From a virus (taxonomy: Duplodnaviria > Caudoviricetes), in IMG/VR virus record IMGVR_UViG_3300022562_001605, positions 11,278 to 75,277 of that record: 64,000 bases of DNA. One strand, written 5' to 3'. The notes beneath the pieces were generated by a model. That model made no database searches, had not been told where the DNA came from, and saw nothing but the letters and a program-made list of their open reading frames with translations. Made by a program: the position numbers and the translations under genes. Below, piece after piece: positions 55,245 through 64,000 of this stretch (positions are counted from its first letter, which is position 1; the number at the start of each line of letters is the position of its first letter).

Positions 55245-55443
55245 TTTCTGCTTCTTTTTCTATTTTATAGAGTTCTGCCCGTCGGACCCACTTTTTCCAG
55301 GAGCCTTCCGCGCTTTTACGTGGGGTAATTTCTACACGTTCATCGATTTTATTATTTTTTAATTCGCGTTTGGCAACGCGACCTGTTAAGACAACTTCTA
55401 CATCATCCAGTAGGAAGGTCTGTTGCTCCGAGGATTCTTGCAT
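55225..55443 (-). CDS. hypothetical phage protein
   Basis: DD.EVVLTGR.A.R...EI.P...WKKWV. Confidence 0.65.
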   Translation of the reverse strand: MQESSEQQTFLLDDVEVVLTGRVAKRELKNNKIDERVEITPRKSAEGSWKKWVRRAELYKIEKEAENDETIS

Positions 55444-55744
55444 ATTTATTTCCTTTTTTTATCATGGCTATTTTTAATTCAGCCGACAACTCTTCTGGTG
55501 TCTTATTTGGGTAGTGAACCGCCAATGTACCTATTAATACATTTATTATATCTGCCGCTTCTTCGATTGGTGTATCTTTCCAATCTTTATCTTTATGACG
55601 AAGAAATCCAAGTTCGTGAAGCATTACTTCATTAAATTCACCTACTTCTTCTGATAACTTCATTGTTAATGCATACGGTGGTGCATCTTCTTTAGACTGT
55701 GTGATATTAAATAAATGGCTTATTAAATTATCCCAATCAATCAT
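55403..55744 (-). CDS. MazG-like NTP pyrophosphohydrolase
   Basis: KLSEEVGEF...EEAADII. Confidence 0.7.
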   Translation of the reverse strand: MIDWDNLISHLFNITQSKEDAPPYALTMKLSEEVGEFNEVMLHELGFLRHKDKDWKDTPIEEAADIINVLIGTLAVHYPNKTPEELSAELKIAMIKKGNKYARILGATDLPTG

Positions 55745-55961
55745 CGCCTGTTTCATCGTCGCCAGTTAACAGTAAACACTCATCACCTTCTACCATTTCT
55801 TGTACTTTATATAGTATTTCTATTTGCTCATAGTCTAACGCACCAATATGTAAATCATCAGCATGATTAAGAATATAAAACAAAGCATTTTCCATATTTT
55901 TAACGTGAACAAATAATTCTGTGTATCCGTGTTTAGTTAACACGTCTTTTGGATTATACAT
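55737..55961 (-). CDS. hypothetical protein
   Basis: GAGG RBS; TAATG coupling. Confidence 0.55.
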   Translation of the reverse strand: MYNPKDVLTKHGYTELFVHVKNMENALFYILNHADDLHIGALDYEQIEILYKVQEMVEGDECLLLTGDDETGDD

Positions 55962-56698
55962 TATTCTTCCTCTGCAACTAAACAGTCTTCAATATATTCG
56001 CGATGTTTAGAAAAAATTGGAATCGTGTAATCATATGTACCATCTTGGGTAATACAAAATCCACGCTTCTTCCAAACGTCACAATCATTCCAATTAATTT
56101 GGAATTTTTCCATTAACATGTCTTGAACTTGTGATACGTTCTTCCCTTGCAATTCCTTGTGTGAAAAGTAAAATTGCCCCAACATATTGATACTGTTGCG
56201 TGTGGCGTCTTGTTGTCGCCAAATAAAATAATTGGTTACTTCTTCCTTTGGAAGATTAAAAGCGCGTGCATCAAAAAGAGCCATACCCAAAGCAGCTGGC
56301 GATGCTCTATTAAATGTAAAAATTTGGCTATTAAATGCAGCTGTGGCCATAGATGCCGATACCGATGCCATTTTTTGTATATTTGCATCAAACCATGCAT
56401 CCGTGTTTAGTTTTTTCCAATCGTTTAGTAAAATTGAAATTTCATCAGATTGGGAATAAGCCAAAACAGCATTCTGAATATTATCCATTAGATATTGTGT
56501 AGTATTACGCATAAAACTATGCATTAAATTACTATACGGATTTATATCTAATGATTCGTCAACAACTTTTAATTGTTTTGTCCATGTGTGAAAGGCTTTT
56601 CCGTCAAGTCTAATAATAACAGGAGAACGACGAAGCAGCTTCGTTCTTGAAACTGCTTCGTAACCTTTCATGCGATCACCTAGAGCTGTTTTATCCAT
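55961..56698 (-). CDS. tRNA(His) guanylyltransferase Thg1/TLP family
   Basis: RLDGKAFH, YSQSDEIS, FDAR, WRQQDA.RNSI. Confidence 0.9.
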   Translation of the reverse strand: MDKTALGDRMKGYEAVSRTKLLRRSPVIIRLDGKAFHTWTKQLKVVDESLDINPYSNLMHSFMRNTTQYLMDNIQNAVLAYSQSDEISILLNDWKKLNTDAWFDANIQKMASVSASMATAAFNSQIFTFNRASPAALGMALFDARAFNLPKEEVTNYFIWRQQDATRNSINMLGQFYFSHKELQGKNVSQVQDMLMEKFQINWNDCDVWKKRGFCITQDGTYDYTIPIFSKHREYIEDCLVAEEE

Positions 56699-56907
56699 TA
56701 CAATTTTCCATTAATGTGCATCCAGCGTGAAACTATAAGTGCACCAAAATATACATAGCCAAGTAAGCTAATAAGTGCTGTTTCAGATGTAACGAATATT
56801 AAACCTAAAACAGTCAAACCTACCAAAACCCACAAAGCTTTTTCCTGTGTTAGACCATCAAAAAAGACATTAAAATCTTTAATTAGTTTTTTCAATTTTT
56901 GCATCAT
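56698..56907 (-). CDS. small membrane protein
   Basis: GAGG RBS before MMQKL; two TM segments. Confidence 0.55.
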   Translation of the reverse strand: MMQKLKKLIKDFNVFFDGLTQEKALWVLVGLTVLGLIFVTSETALISLLGYVYFGALIVSRWMHINGKL

Positions 56908-57169
56908 AACCTCGCTTTGGAAAACAGAATGTAGAACCTTTGTTTGTACCGACAATAAAAATACATTGCATGTGTGGTGCTGTCTGCGGCGTAAATTCAT
57001 ACAATCGCATATCACCGCCTGCGGCGGAAAGTCTTGTTACTTTATCTGCACTAATAGTTGGTGTAGTAAGTAAAGAACCGTCATCGAACCATTGTTTTTT
57101 TACGTATATTATACCAGAAATTAAAATAAGTATAAGTACTGTAATAGAAGCGATCACAAATTTGTTCAT
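56879..57169 (-). CDS. membrane-anchored protein
   Basis: N-terminal TM; R.YEFTP...C...C. Confidence 0.6.
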   Translation of the reverse strand: MNKFVIASITVLILILISGIIYVKKQWFDDGSLLTTPTISADKVTRLSAAGGDMRLYEFTPQTAPHMQCIFIVGTNKGSTFCFPKRGYDAKIEKTN

Positions 57170-57651
57170 TTTGCTAACCCGAATGTGTTAAGTTTACCCA
57201 TAAGTTCCGCTTCCCATTTGGAATAATGTACAATTTTTTGATTTGGTGTACCATTTAAAATACTAAGTAGCCCTTCTTCTATTAAAGTCGTAGGTGCAGC
57301 GGGATTAGAACGAAGTTCTTTGGAACCTTCGTAAATTTTTTCTGGGAGGATGATACCAATACAAGTTAATGCACCGTCAAGTGCATCTTCACCTTCATAG
57401 AATTCTGCCCATGGGAATGGATTTTCGTAATCGTTGAAAAATCTGATTAAGTCACGAATATTTTCACCATATCCTGCATTTAATAGAACCATTGTTTTGT
57501 GAGAACTTGCCCAATCAATCAAAAGTTCATGTTTTTCTTGGCCAGATGCTGGGGTTAAATATTTTGTAAACATTTCAGCGGTGACATGGGCGGCTTGTAT
57601 GCCCTGTTGAATACTAGACAGGTACATATTTCCGAAATAATAGGCTCGCAT
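57166..57651 (-). CDS. PTH2-like (peptidyl-tRNA hydrolase 2 fold) phage protein
   Basis: QGIQAAH, W...KTMVLL, F.E...L.G.LT.IG.ILP. Confidence 0.5.
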   Translation of the reverse strand: MRAYYFGNMYLSSIQQGIQAAHVTAEMFTKYLTPASGQEKHELLIDWASSHKTMVLLNAGYGENIRDLIRFFNDYENPFPWAEFYEGEDALDGALTCIGIILPEKIYEGSKELRSNPAAPTTLIEEGLLSILNGTPNQKIVHYSKWEAELMGKLNTFGLAK

Positions 57652-57676
57652 GTAAAATCTCCAATTTGCAAAGGAT

Positions 57677-57705
57677 ATTTTACATTAGGTGAATCTTGAT
57701 GTCAA
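57677..57705 (-). promoter_or_regulatory. sigma70-type promoter
   Basis: TTGACA-17-TAAAAT. Confidence 0.75.
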
Positions 57706-57717
57706 GCTAAAAGCTGG

Positions 57718-58479
57718 TTAAATTAAGGTTTCTTCCGTTGCAATTATCCAAGATTTAACAAATTCACTTCGTACAATGTCATATTTGTTAAATTGGACAA
57801 TATCGATTTCTTCCATAGTTTTCATGACTTTAATAGCATCTGCCAAACCACAAGTTCCGTTTTTTCTACCATCAAGGTCTGTTTGCTTAACATCGCCAGC
57901 TATTATAACGCGTGTATTTTCGCCAATTCTTGTCATAATAGAATCGATTTCATGAAAAGTCATATTTTCAGCTTCATCTATAACGATAATAGCATTATCC
58001 CACGTTAATCCACGAATGAATGAAGTTGTCATAAATTCGATGATTCCAGCATCTTTCATATCATGGTATGTGGAAGCCCTACCAACCAATTCCCACATGA
58101 TGTCTTGATATGGTAGCTCGTATAATGCCGTTTTTTCGTCAAGATCGCCGGGTAAAAATCCAACATCTCTGGTAGGCACCGCCGAACGTACAATTATTAT
58201 ACGATTTTGATGTTTCTGGATGATTTCAGTTATTGCGAGATATAGCGCTAGAAATGTTTTTCCGGTTCCTGCTGAACCTGTTGCACATATGTTTTTTTCA
58301 TTGTACCACGCATGAAACATATCTTCTTGCGTTGGTGTAAGGGGTTTAACTAATTTTATATCGTGCTTTGACCACGTTTTTCTTTTTACTTCTTCCGTCA
58401 TTGCTCTCCCATTTTGTACTAAGGCTAATGTTACTTCTTCCAATTGTGCTTTTGCACCGTTGCGGCGTTTTTTTGCCAT
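57718..58479 (-). CDS. phoH: PhoH-like ATPase
   Basis: PLTPTQ, GSAGTGKT, GFLPG...EK, FIRG.T, DEAEN, GD..Q.D, DIVRS. Confidence 0.92.
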   Translation of the reverse strand: MAKKRRNGAKAQLEEVTLALVQNGRAMTEEVKRKTWSKHDIKLVKPLTPTQEDMFHAWYNEKNICATGSAGTGKTFLALYLAITEIIQKHQNRIIIVRSAVPTRDVGFLPGDLDEKTALYELPYQDIMWELVGRASTYHDMKDAGIIEFMTTSFIRGLTWDNAIIVIDEAENMTFHEIDSIMTRIGENTRVIIAGDVKQTDLDGRKNGTCGLADAIKVMKTMEEIDIVQFNKYDIVRSEFVKSWIIATEETLI

Positions 58480-58542
58480 CTATTGCAACCTCCTCTTAAG
58501 TAAAAAGGTTATATTTTTATTTATTTAACTTTTTGACAAACC

Positions 58543-58569
58543 AAAAAAAGGGCGCTATATCAGCGCCCT
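58543..58569 (-). terminator. intrinsic terminator after spoVR-like gene
   Basis: AGGGCGCT-5 nt-AGCGCCCT with T7 on minus strand. Confidence 0.85.
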
Positions 58570-58612
58570 AAGTACTTCTCTTGGATGATTTAACTTATTA
58601 TTTTTTTGAATG

Positions 58613-60151
58613 TTAATCATCTTCTTCCAAGAAAATATCAAGTACCGCTTCATCACCCGCAATATCATATACTGCTCTAACATCATTTGAAGGGTCTACA
58701 GATTCCAATCGTACATTATATCCCCACAAGGATGCAATATAACGAAGTGTATCAGTTGTGGATTCCGATTCCAACGGACGCTTATTTACCATATAATGGC
58801 GAAGAGTCAACGTTCTATCACCCCAACGATCAACATCATATACCTGGATATCTGGAATCTGATATCCAATATTATATTGCTTTGCAAGTATATCGCGGAT
58901 AGTTTGATATCCTTGTTTATTGTGTATGCCGCTGACAAGAAGTTTTGGATCTTGTTCATCATCGTGGATAGCAAACATTCTAAAATCACGAATTAATTTT
59001 GGTGATAAAAATTGTTGTATGAAACTTTCATCTTTAAAGTTTTTAATAGCCCACTTAATATTTTTTAACCAATCTCCATTTCCAACCCATTCTTGATTGC
59101 CAAACCAATCACGGTCTTCTTCTGTTGGATTCATAGAAACACGTTCAATGTCTTGATACATCGCAAAACCTATAGCATACGGATTAATTCCACTATAGTA
59201 AGGACTATCAAAATCGCTTTGTCTAATTACGCCCGTGTGTGAAGCATAGAATTCAAGCATAGCGCCATCATCTAATACGCCACAATCATACAAATCGTGC
59301 ATCAATTTATGATGAAAAAATGTAGCGCATCCTTCATTCATTACCTTGGTTTGACTTTGTGGATAAAAATATTGTGATACTTTTCTTACTATGCGCAATA
59401 TTTCACGTTTCCAAGATTCCATTCTTGGTGCATTTTTTTCAATAAAATACAGAATATTTTCCTGTGGATCTTTCGGAAAACGCTCTTCTTCTTGTTTCGA
59501 TTTTTCTTCCTTGGTTCTTGGAACCGTATTCCAAATTTCGTTAACTTGGGATTGGCGATAAGCTTCACGTTCCTTTCTAAGTTCTTCCGATTTTTCAAAA
59601 GAAAGTGTTTCTGGATGTTTATACTTATCAACACCGTAACGTTGTAAAGCGTGTGCTGCATCTATTACAGCTTCAACTTCATCTTGACCGTAACGTTCTT
59701 CACATTCACGAATATATTTTTTAGCAAATGCGAGATAATCGATAATACCTTCAGGGTCTGTCCATTGTTTAAAAAGATAGTTGTTTGCAAAGAAATGATT
59801 ATGACCAAATGATGCGTGTGCTATAACAAGCGCTTGCATCATCATAGTATTTTCTTCCATCAAATATGCAATACATGGATTAGAGTTGATTACTATTTCA
59901 TATGCCAGCCCCATTCGACCGCGACGATATTCTTCAAGTTCGCGAATGAATTGTTCACCAAACGACCAATGTGGATAGTATAATGGTAATCCAACAGATG
60001 CATATGCATCGAGCATCTGTTCAGAAGAAATAATTTCTAACTGATTAGGATAATATTTCAACTGATATTTTTCGTCAGCAATTTTCTGAAGTTTAAGATA
60101 GACTTCTTCTACTTTATCAAAAGACCATTCTTGACCTGATGTAATTTTCAT
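58613..60151 (-). CDS. ycgB: SpoVR/YcgB family protein
   Basis: YPHWSFG, LAYEIVINSNP, HNHFF.NN, YF.PQ..TKVMNEG.ATF.H, NPY..GF. Confidence 0.92.
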   Translation of the reverse strand: MKITSGQEWSFDKVEEVYLKLQKIADEKYQLKYYPNQLEIISSEQMLDAYASVGLPLYYPHWSFGEQFIRELEEYRRGRMGLAYEIVINSNPCIAYLMEENTMMMQALVIAHASFGHNHFFANNYLFKQWTDPEGIIDYLAFAKKYIRECEERYGQDEVEAVIDAAHALQRYGVDKYKHPETLSFEKSEELRKEREAYRQSQVNEIWNTVPRTKEEKSKQEEERFPKDPQENILYFIEKNAPRMESWKREILRIVRKVSQYFYPQSQTKVMNEGCATFFHHKLMHDLYDCGVLDDGAMLEFYASHTGVIRQSDFDSPYYSGINPYAIGFAMYQDIERVSMNPTEEDRDWFGNQEWVGNGDWLKNIKWAIKNFKDESFIQQFLSPKLIRDFRMFAIHDDEQDPKLLVSGIHNKQGYQTIRDILAKQYNIGYQIPDIQVYDVDRWGDRTLTLRHYMVNKRPLESESTTDTLRYIASLWGYNVRLESVDPSNDVRAVYDIAGDEAVLDIFLEEDD

Positions 60152-61434
60152 TTTGAATCCCGTTTTTCAAATAAGCTTCTAAAAATAGGGTAGATTTCTG
60201 TGACATCCCGAATTATAGCCATTTCAAGATTTTTGAATTCTGACTTTAAGTTAGAATAATGTGGCCACAGATCACTTTCACCACCATTGCGATATTGATC
60301 TACTTCAATATATGCAAAGTATTGGCTTTGTGGTAAAAGGGATTTTTTCATGATATCACAAGATACTATGTTATCATGTCCCCAGTTATCGCCATCAGAA
60401 ATTTGAACACCGAAAATATTCCACTGGTTAGTAGGGTATCTATCAGCAATAATTTCTTTCATCAGCTGCAATGCAGATGATACGACGGTTCCGCCAGTTT
60501 CACGTGAATGAAAAAATTCATCTTCAGTTACTTCCATCGCACGTGTATGGTGGCGTATCCAAACAATGTCTACACGTTCATAATTATAATGAAGGAATAA
60601 AAGCATCAACATAAAAAAGCGTTTTGCCATTTCCTTTTCCCATTCACCCATACTAGCAGAAACGTCCATAATACCGAACATTACCGCCTGTGTGGTTGGA
60701 ATAGGTACTTTTTCCCAGCGATTATAACGCAAATCTACATCGTCAATAAATGGTATTGCTTTTATTTTTCGCTTAAGTAAGTTAATTTTTTCATTGAGTT
60801 CTTCAATGCGATTCTTATTTTTTTCGGTTGGTTCAAGTCCAGCCAATTCTTCAAGAAGGGCTTTTAACTTTTTCTTCTTTGGTGAACGTAAGCCAAGTTT
60901 GCGACCCTTGGCACGCTTCATCGATTGAAGTATATTCAATCTACTAGGATTCCCGTCTACAGAAAAACCAGCACGACGATTTTCAAATTCTTCAAGCTTG
61001 GTTATACTTCTTTTAACGAGATCGGGTAATTCTAAATCTTCAAAAAACAAATCAAGAAATTCATCTTTGGTTAAATGAAATGAAAACTCATCGTCACCTT
61101 CACCAGAATCAGAACCTTCTCTGCCGCCGCCGCCACCTCCACCTTCTTGTGGACGATCTTCACGATCACCTTGATTATATTTCTTATTTCCCGGCATAAC
61201 CCAATCCTTAACTCCACCTTTTTTATCGTGGTGAAAAGTTGGTTGGTCTAATCCTTTGCCTGGAATTTTAATTTTCTTTTCTTTACTATTAACGATATCA
61301 CCAACACTACCATCGCGAATTACTTCTTTAACAGCCTCGCGGACTTGATTTTTTACGCGTTTAACGAAACGACGACGATTATCTGTGCTTTTTCCTTTAT
61401 CGTTCTTTCTGCGGTCTATAATGTTATATGCCAT
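60148..61434 (-). CDS. yeaH: YeaH/YhbH (DUF444, vWA-type) protein
   Basis: IIDRR.N, PFID..DLRY, MDVSASM, ETGGT.VSSA, SDGDNW. Confidence 0.92.
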   Translation of the reverse strand: MAYNIIDRRKNDKGKSTDNRRRFVKRVKNQVREAVKEVIRDGSVGDIVNSKEKKIKIPGKGLDQPTFHHDKKGGVKDWVMPGNKKYNQGDREDRPQEGGGGGGGREGSDSGEGDDEFSFHLTKDEFLDLFFEDLELPDLVKRSITKLEEFENRRAGFSVDGNPSRLNILQSMKRAKGRKLGLRSPKKKKLKALLEELAGLEPTEKNKNRIEELNEKINLLKRKIKAIPFIDDVDLRYNRWEKVPIPTTQAVMFGIMDVSASMGEWEKEMAKRFFMLMLLFLHYNYERVDIVWIRHHTRAMEVTEDEFFHSRETGGTVVSSALQLMKEIIADRYPTNQWNIFGVQISDGDNWGHDNIVSCDIMKKSLLPQSQYFAYIEVDQYRNGGESDLWPHYSNLKSEFKNLEMAIIRDVTEIYPIFRSLFEKRDSK

Positions 61435-61458
61435 GTGGACTCCGTTGATTTAATAGTT

Positions 61459-61478
61459 GGGGGTAGAATCCTACCCCC
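61459..61478. other. intergenic GC-rich hairpin between prkA and yeaH
   Basis: GGGGGTAG-AATC-CTACCCCC, no U-tract on coding strand. Confidence 0.6.
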
Positions 61479-61486
61479 GTTTCCTA

Positions 61487-63439
61487 TTAATTGTTTTTGG
61501 TGTAACGCATATACCATTCGACTGCTAAACGTACTTGCTTTTGGGTATAACCCTTATCCATCATACGTTTTACAAAGTCGTTATGCTTTTCTTCCTCTTC
61601 CTTGGAAGCCTTGGTATTGAATGAAATAACTGGAAGGAGTTCTTCAGTATTAGCGAACATCTTCTTCTCGATGACTTCGCGCAACTTCTGGTAAGATTTC
61701 CAATCTGGACTTTTGCCTTCATTATTAGCTTTGGCACGAAGGACGAATCCAACAACTTCATTACGGAAATCCTTTGGATTAGTAATGCCAGCGGGTTTTT
61801 CCATCTTTTCAAGTTCTTTGTTTAACGCTTCGCGGTCAAACATAGTACCTGTATCTGGATCGCGGTAATCTTTGTCCTGAATCCAAAAATCTGCATATTG
61901 GATGTATCTGTTAAACAGATTTTGACCATATTCGTGGTAAGATTCCAAGTAAGCTTTTTGGAGTTCGTCGCCAAGGAATTCAGCATATTTTGGTGCTAAA
62001 ATGCCTTTAATAAAAGCGATATATCTGTCTTCAATTTCTGGTGGAAGTTGTTCTTGTTGAATTTGCTTACCCAAAACATACATTAAATGAATTGGATTCG
62101 CTGCAACTTCTTCAGAATCGTAGTTGAAAACCTTAGAAAGTATTTTGAAAGCGAAACGTGTAGATGAACCTTCCATACCTTCAGAAACACCCGCAACATC
62201 TTTATATTCTTCTAAAGATTTTGCTTGTGGATCTTTGTCCTTCAGGTTTTTACCATCATAACTTTCCATTTTTGAAAAGATGTTGCTATTTTCTGGTTCA
62301 ACCAAACGGGTCAATACTGAATATTGCGCCATCATTTCAATTGTTCCCGGTGCACATGGTGCGTCTGCGAGTTCTGAAGTAGCAATAAGCTTTTTGTAAA
62401 TTTCCGTTTCCTCCGAAGTACGTAGGCAATAAGGAACTTTGACAATGTAAACACGGTCAAGGAACGCTTCATTGTTTTTGTTGTTGCGGAATGTTGTCCA
62501 TTCTGATTCATTTGAATGTGCAAGAACGATACCTTGGAATGGGATAGCACCAAACTGTTCAGTACCATTATAATGACCTTCTTGTGTAGCGGTCAATAAT
62601 GGGTGAAGCATTTTGATAGGCGCTTTGAACATTTCAACGAATTCCATAATACCTTGTGTGGTAACGTTCAAGCCACCTGCCCAATTGTATGCATCTGGAT
62701 CATGTTGTTCATGTTCTTCAAGTTCACGGATGTTAACTTTACCAACCAACGATGAAATATCTTGGTTATTTTCATCACCCGGTTCTACTTTAGTAATACC
62801 GATTTGTTTTAAAATAGAAGGGTAAATCTTAACAACTTTAAATTGTGAAAGATCGCCGTCTGCTTCTTCTAGGCGCTTAACAGCCCATGGTGAAATAATA
62901 TGTTTCAAGTAACGAACAGGAATACCAAATTCTTTTTTAAGAGTTGGACCGTCTTCTTTGGAACTAAAGATATTAAGTGGTGATTCATAAATTGGTGAAG
63001 TTTCCCACTTTTCGCTTTCTTGATTGTATGCACGTAGTGCGTAAATAGGAACACGCTGCATAAGTTCCTTGAGTCTTTCAGATAAGGATGACTTACCGCC
63101 GCCAACAGGACCAAGCAAATAAAGAATTTGCTTCGACTCTTCCAATCCCTGTGCAGCGTGTTTAAAAAATGAAACGATATTTTCTATAGTATCTTCCATA
63201 CCATAGAAATCTTTAAACGCTTCGTAAATTTTGATTTTACGATTTGAAAAAATACGACTTAGACGTTCATCATTACGCGTATCAACAAGTTTTGGCGTAC
63301 CGATAGCCATTAACATACGTTCTGCGGCGCTGGCGTATGCACCACGATCTGCTTTACACAAATCGAGGTATTCTTCAATGGTCATTTCTTCCGCGTGTTG
63401 AGTTTCGTAACGTTTTTTGTAGTTTGCAAGTATGCTCAT
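61487..63439 (-). CDS. yeaG: PrkA/YeaG family AAA+ ATPase / Ser kinase
   Basis: LLGPVGGGKSS, PGDENNQDIS.LVG, EFVEMFKAPIK.LHPLL, HSNESEW, NEAFLDR. Confidence 0.95.
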   Translation of the reverse strand: MSILANYKKRYETQHAEEMTIEEYLDLCKADRGAYASAAERMLMAIGTPKLVDTRNDERLSRIFSNRKIKIYEAFKDFYGMEDTIENIVSFFKHAAQGLEESKQILYLLGPVGGGKSSLSERLKELMQRVPIYALRAYNQESEKWETSPIYESPLNIFSSKEDGPTLKKEFGIPVRYLKHIISPWAVKRLEEADGDLSQFKVVKIYPSILKQIGITKVEPGDENNQDISSLVGKVNIRELEEHEQHDPDAYNWAGGLNVTTQGIMEFVEMFKAPIKMLHPLLTATQEGHYNGTEQFGAIPFQGIVLAHSNESEWTTFRNNKNNEAFLDRVYIVKVPYCLRTSEETEIYKKLIATSELADAPCAPGTIEMMAQYSVLTRLVEPENSNIFSKMESYDGKNLKDKDPQAKSLEEYKDVAGVSEGMEGSSTRFAFKILSKVFNYDSEEVAANPIHLMYVLGKQIQQEQLPPEIEDRYIAFIKGILAPKYAEFLGDELQKAYLESYHEYGQNLFNRYIQYADFWIQDKDYRDPDTGTMFDREALNKELEKMEKPAGITNPKDFRNEVVGFVLRAKANNEGKSPDWKSYQKLREVIEKKMFANTEELLPVISFNTKASKEEEEKHNDFVKRMMDKGYTQKQVRLAVEWYMRYTKNN

Positions 63440-63480
63440 GTTTAACCTCTTAGTTGATGTAGTCCTGTTGGCATAGAACT

Positions 63481-63509
63481 ATACTATTGTAAAATTTTGA
63501 AGTTGTCAA
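63481..63509 (-). promoter_or_regulatory. sigma70-type promoter of prkA operon
   Basis: TTGACA-17-TAGTAT. Confidence 0.7.
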
Positions 63510-63522
63510 CCGTTATTAACTT

Positions 63523-63999
63523 TTAATTCGTATCCATTCTTTCTAGAATATCGCGTTCTTTATTAAGATCACGATTAATAGCATCTTCAGAAGTAAATTT
63601 ATTTGGGTATCTTGCTTTAAGTTTTTCGATAACTGTTTCAAGAATTGTAACCCAATTGATGCCTAGTTCGTCAACACCGATTGCTTTATACCAATCAATA
63701 TCGCCAAATTCTTCGGCGATGTTTACATTATCCATGTTTTCACCCTTAATGTCAAGTGCTTCTAATAATTCGGTTGATTCTGTTGATATTCCAACAATAG
63801 AATGAAACAATCGTGGATTAATATCTAATTTGATTTTATCGAGTTCGATTTGTTCCAATGGTATGCTACTTAATGCACGGATTGCATAACCTAATTTAAC
63901 GTTATGATCTAAAAACACTTCTACGTTATATGGTTTGTTATAAAAAACATTTTTCTTGATTTGATCAAGAATGTTTCCTGCATGAATTAATATGTTAAT
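63523..63999 (-). CDS. MazG-like pyrophosphohydrolase (5' end outside window)
   Basis: H...GI.TE..EL, EEFGD..WY, KL..RYP; frame stays open to window edge (LDQIKKNVFY). Confidence 0.75.
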   Translation of the reverse strand: MNILIHAGNILDQIKKNVFYNKPYNVEVFLDHNVKLGYAIRALSSIPLEQIELDKIKLDINPRLFHSIVGISTESTELLEALDIKGENMDNVNIAEEFGDIDWYKAIGVDELGINWVTILETVIEKLKARYPNKFTSEDAINRDLNKERDILERMDTN

Positions 64000-64000
64000 T

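Noticed and set aside
58613-63439. Bacterial chromosome or prophage boundary at the prkA operon
   Set aside because: It is flanked by phage-type phoH and MazG genes with the same AT-rich composition and promoter style; no integrase, att site or housekeeping genes seen
1-64000. Alternative genetic code (stop-codon recoding)
   Set aside because: Conserved genes (thyA, prkA, rIIA, uvsW, primase) are full-length in the standard code and operons are tightly packed

Overview
This window is a 64-kb segment of a large, AT-rich lytic dsDNA phage genome, most likely a jumbo myovirus distantly related to the T4 superfamily. It carries rIIA/rIIB, gp44/gp62-type clamp loader, UvsW, UvsY, gp61-type primase, T4 57B/Acb1 and TATAAATA-type late promoters. 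Host-like genes (kdsB, erpA, a DUF3579-like ORF, the yeaG-yeaH-ycgB trio, the tmRNA tag) point to a proteobacterial host. Layout: 0.3-9.2 kb is a + strand run of small early-type ORFs behind a sigma70 promoter, including kdsB. 9.2-12.4 kb is a divergent module with two DNA methyltransferases. 12.4-31 kb is mostly - strand accessory genes (membrane proteins, rIIA/B, Hsp20, Nudix, exonuclease, ErpA, kinase, nucleotidyltransferase). 31.5-40.3 kb encodes tail fibres and their chaperones. 40.4-51.4 kb holds replication genes, GroES and ClpP. 51.7-52.0 kb is a circularly permuted (two-piece) tmRNA gene. 52-64 kb covers Acb1, DHFR, ThyA, MazG-like proteins, Thg1, a PTH2-like protein, PhoH and the PrkA-YeaH-SpoVR operon. 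The most notable observations are: (1) the permuted phage tmRNA with an intact -LAA tag next to a phage ClpP; (2) 32 Gly-Ser-Pro motifs confined to three tail-fibre proteins, a candidate virion-modification sequon; (3) a roughly 220-nt structured intergenic RNA candidate downstream of a helical protein gene; (4) a minimal Pol III alpha (DnaE) palm split over two genes 14 kb apart; (5) two stand-alone proteins resembling the tail-sheath C-terminal domain. All family assignments come from motif recognition by eye; no searches were run.
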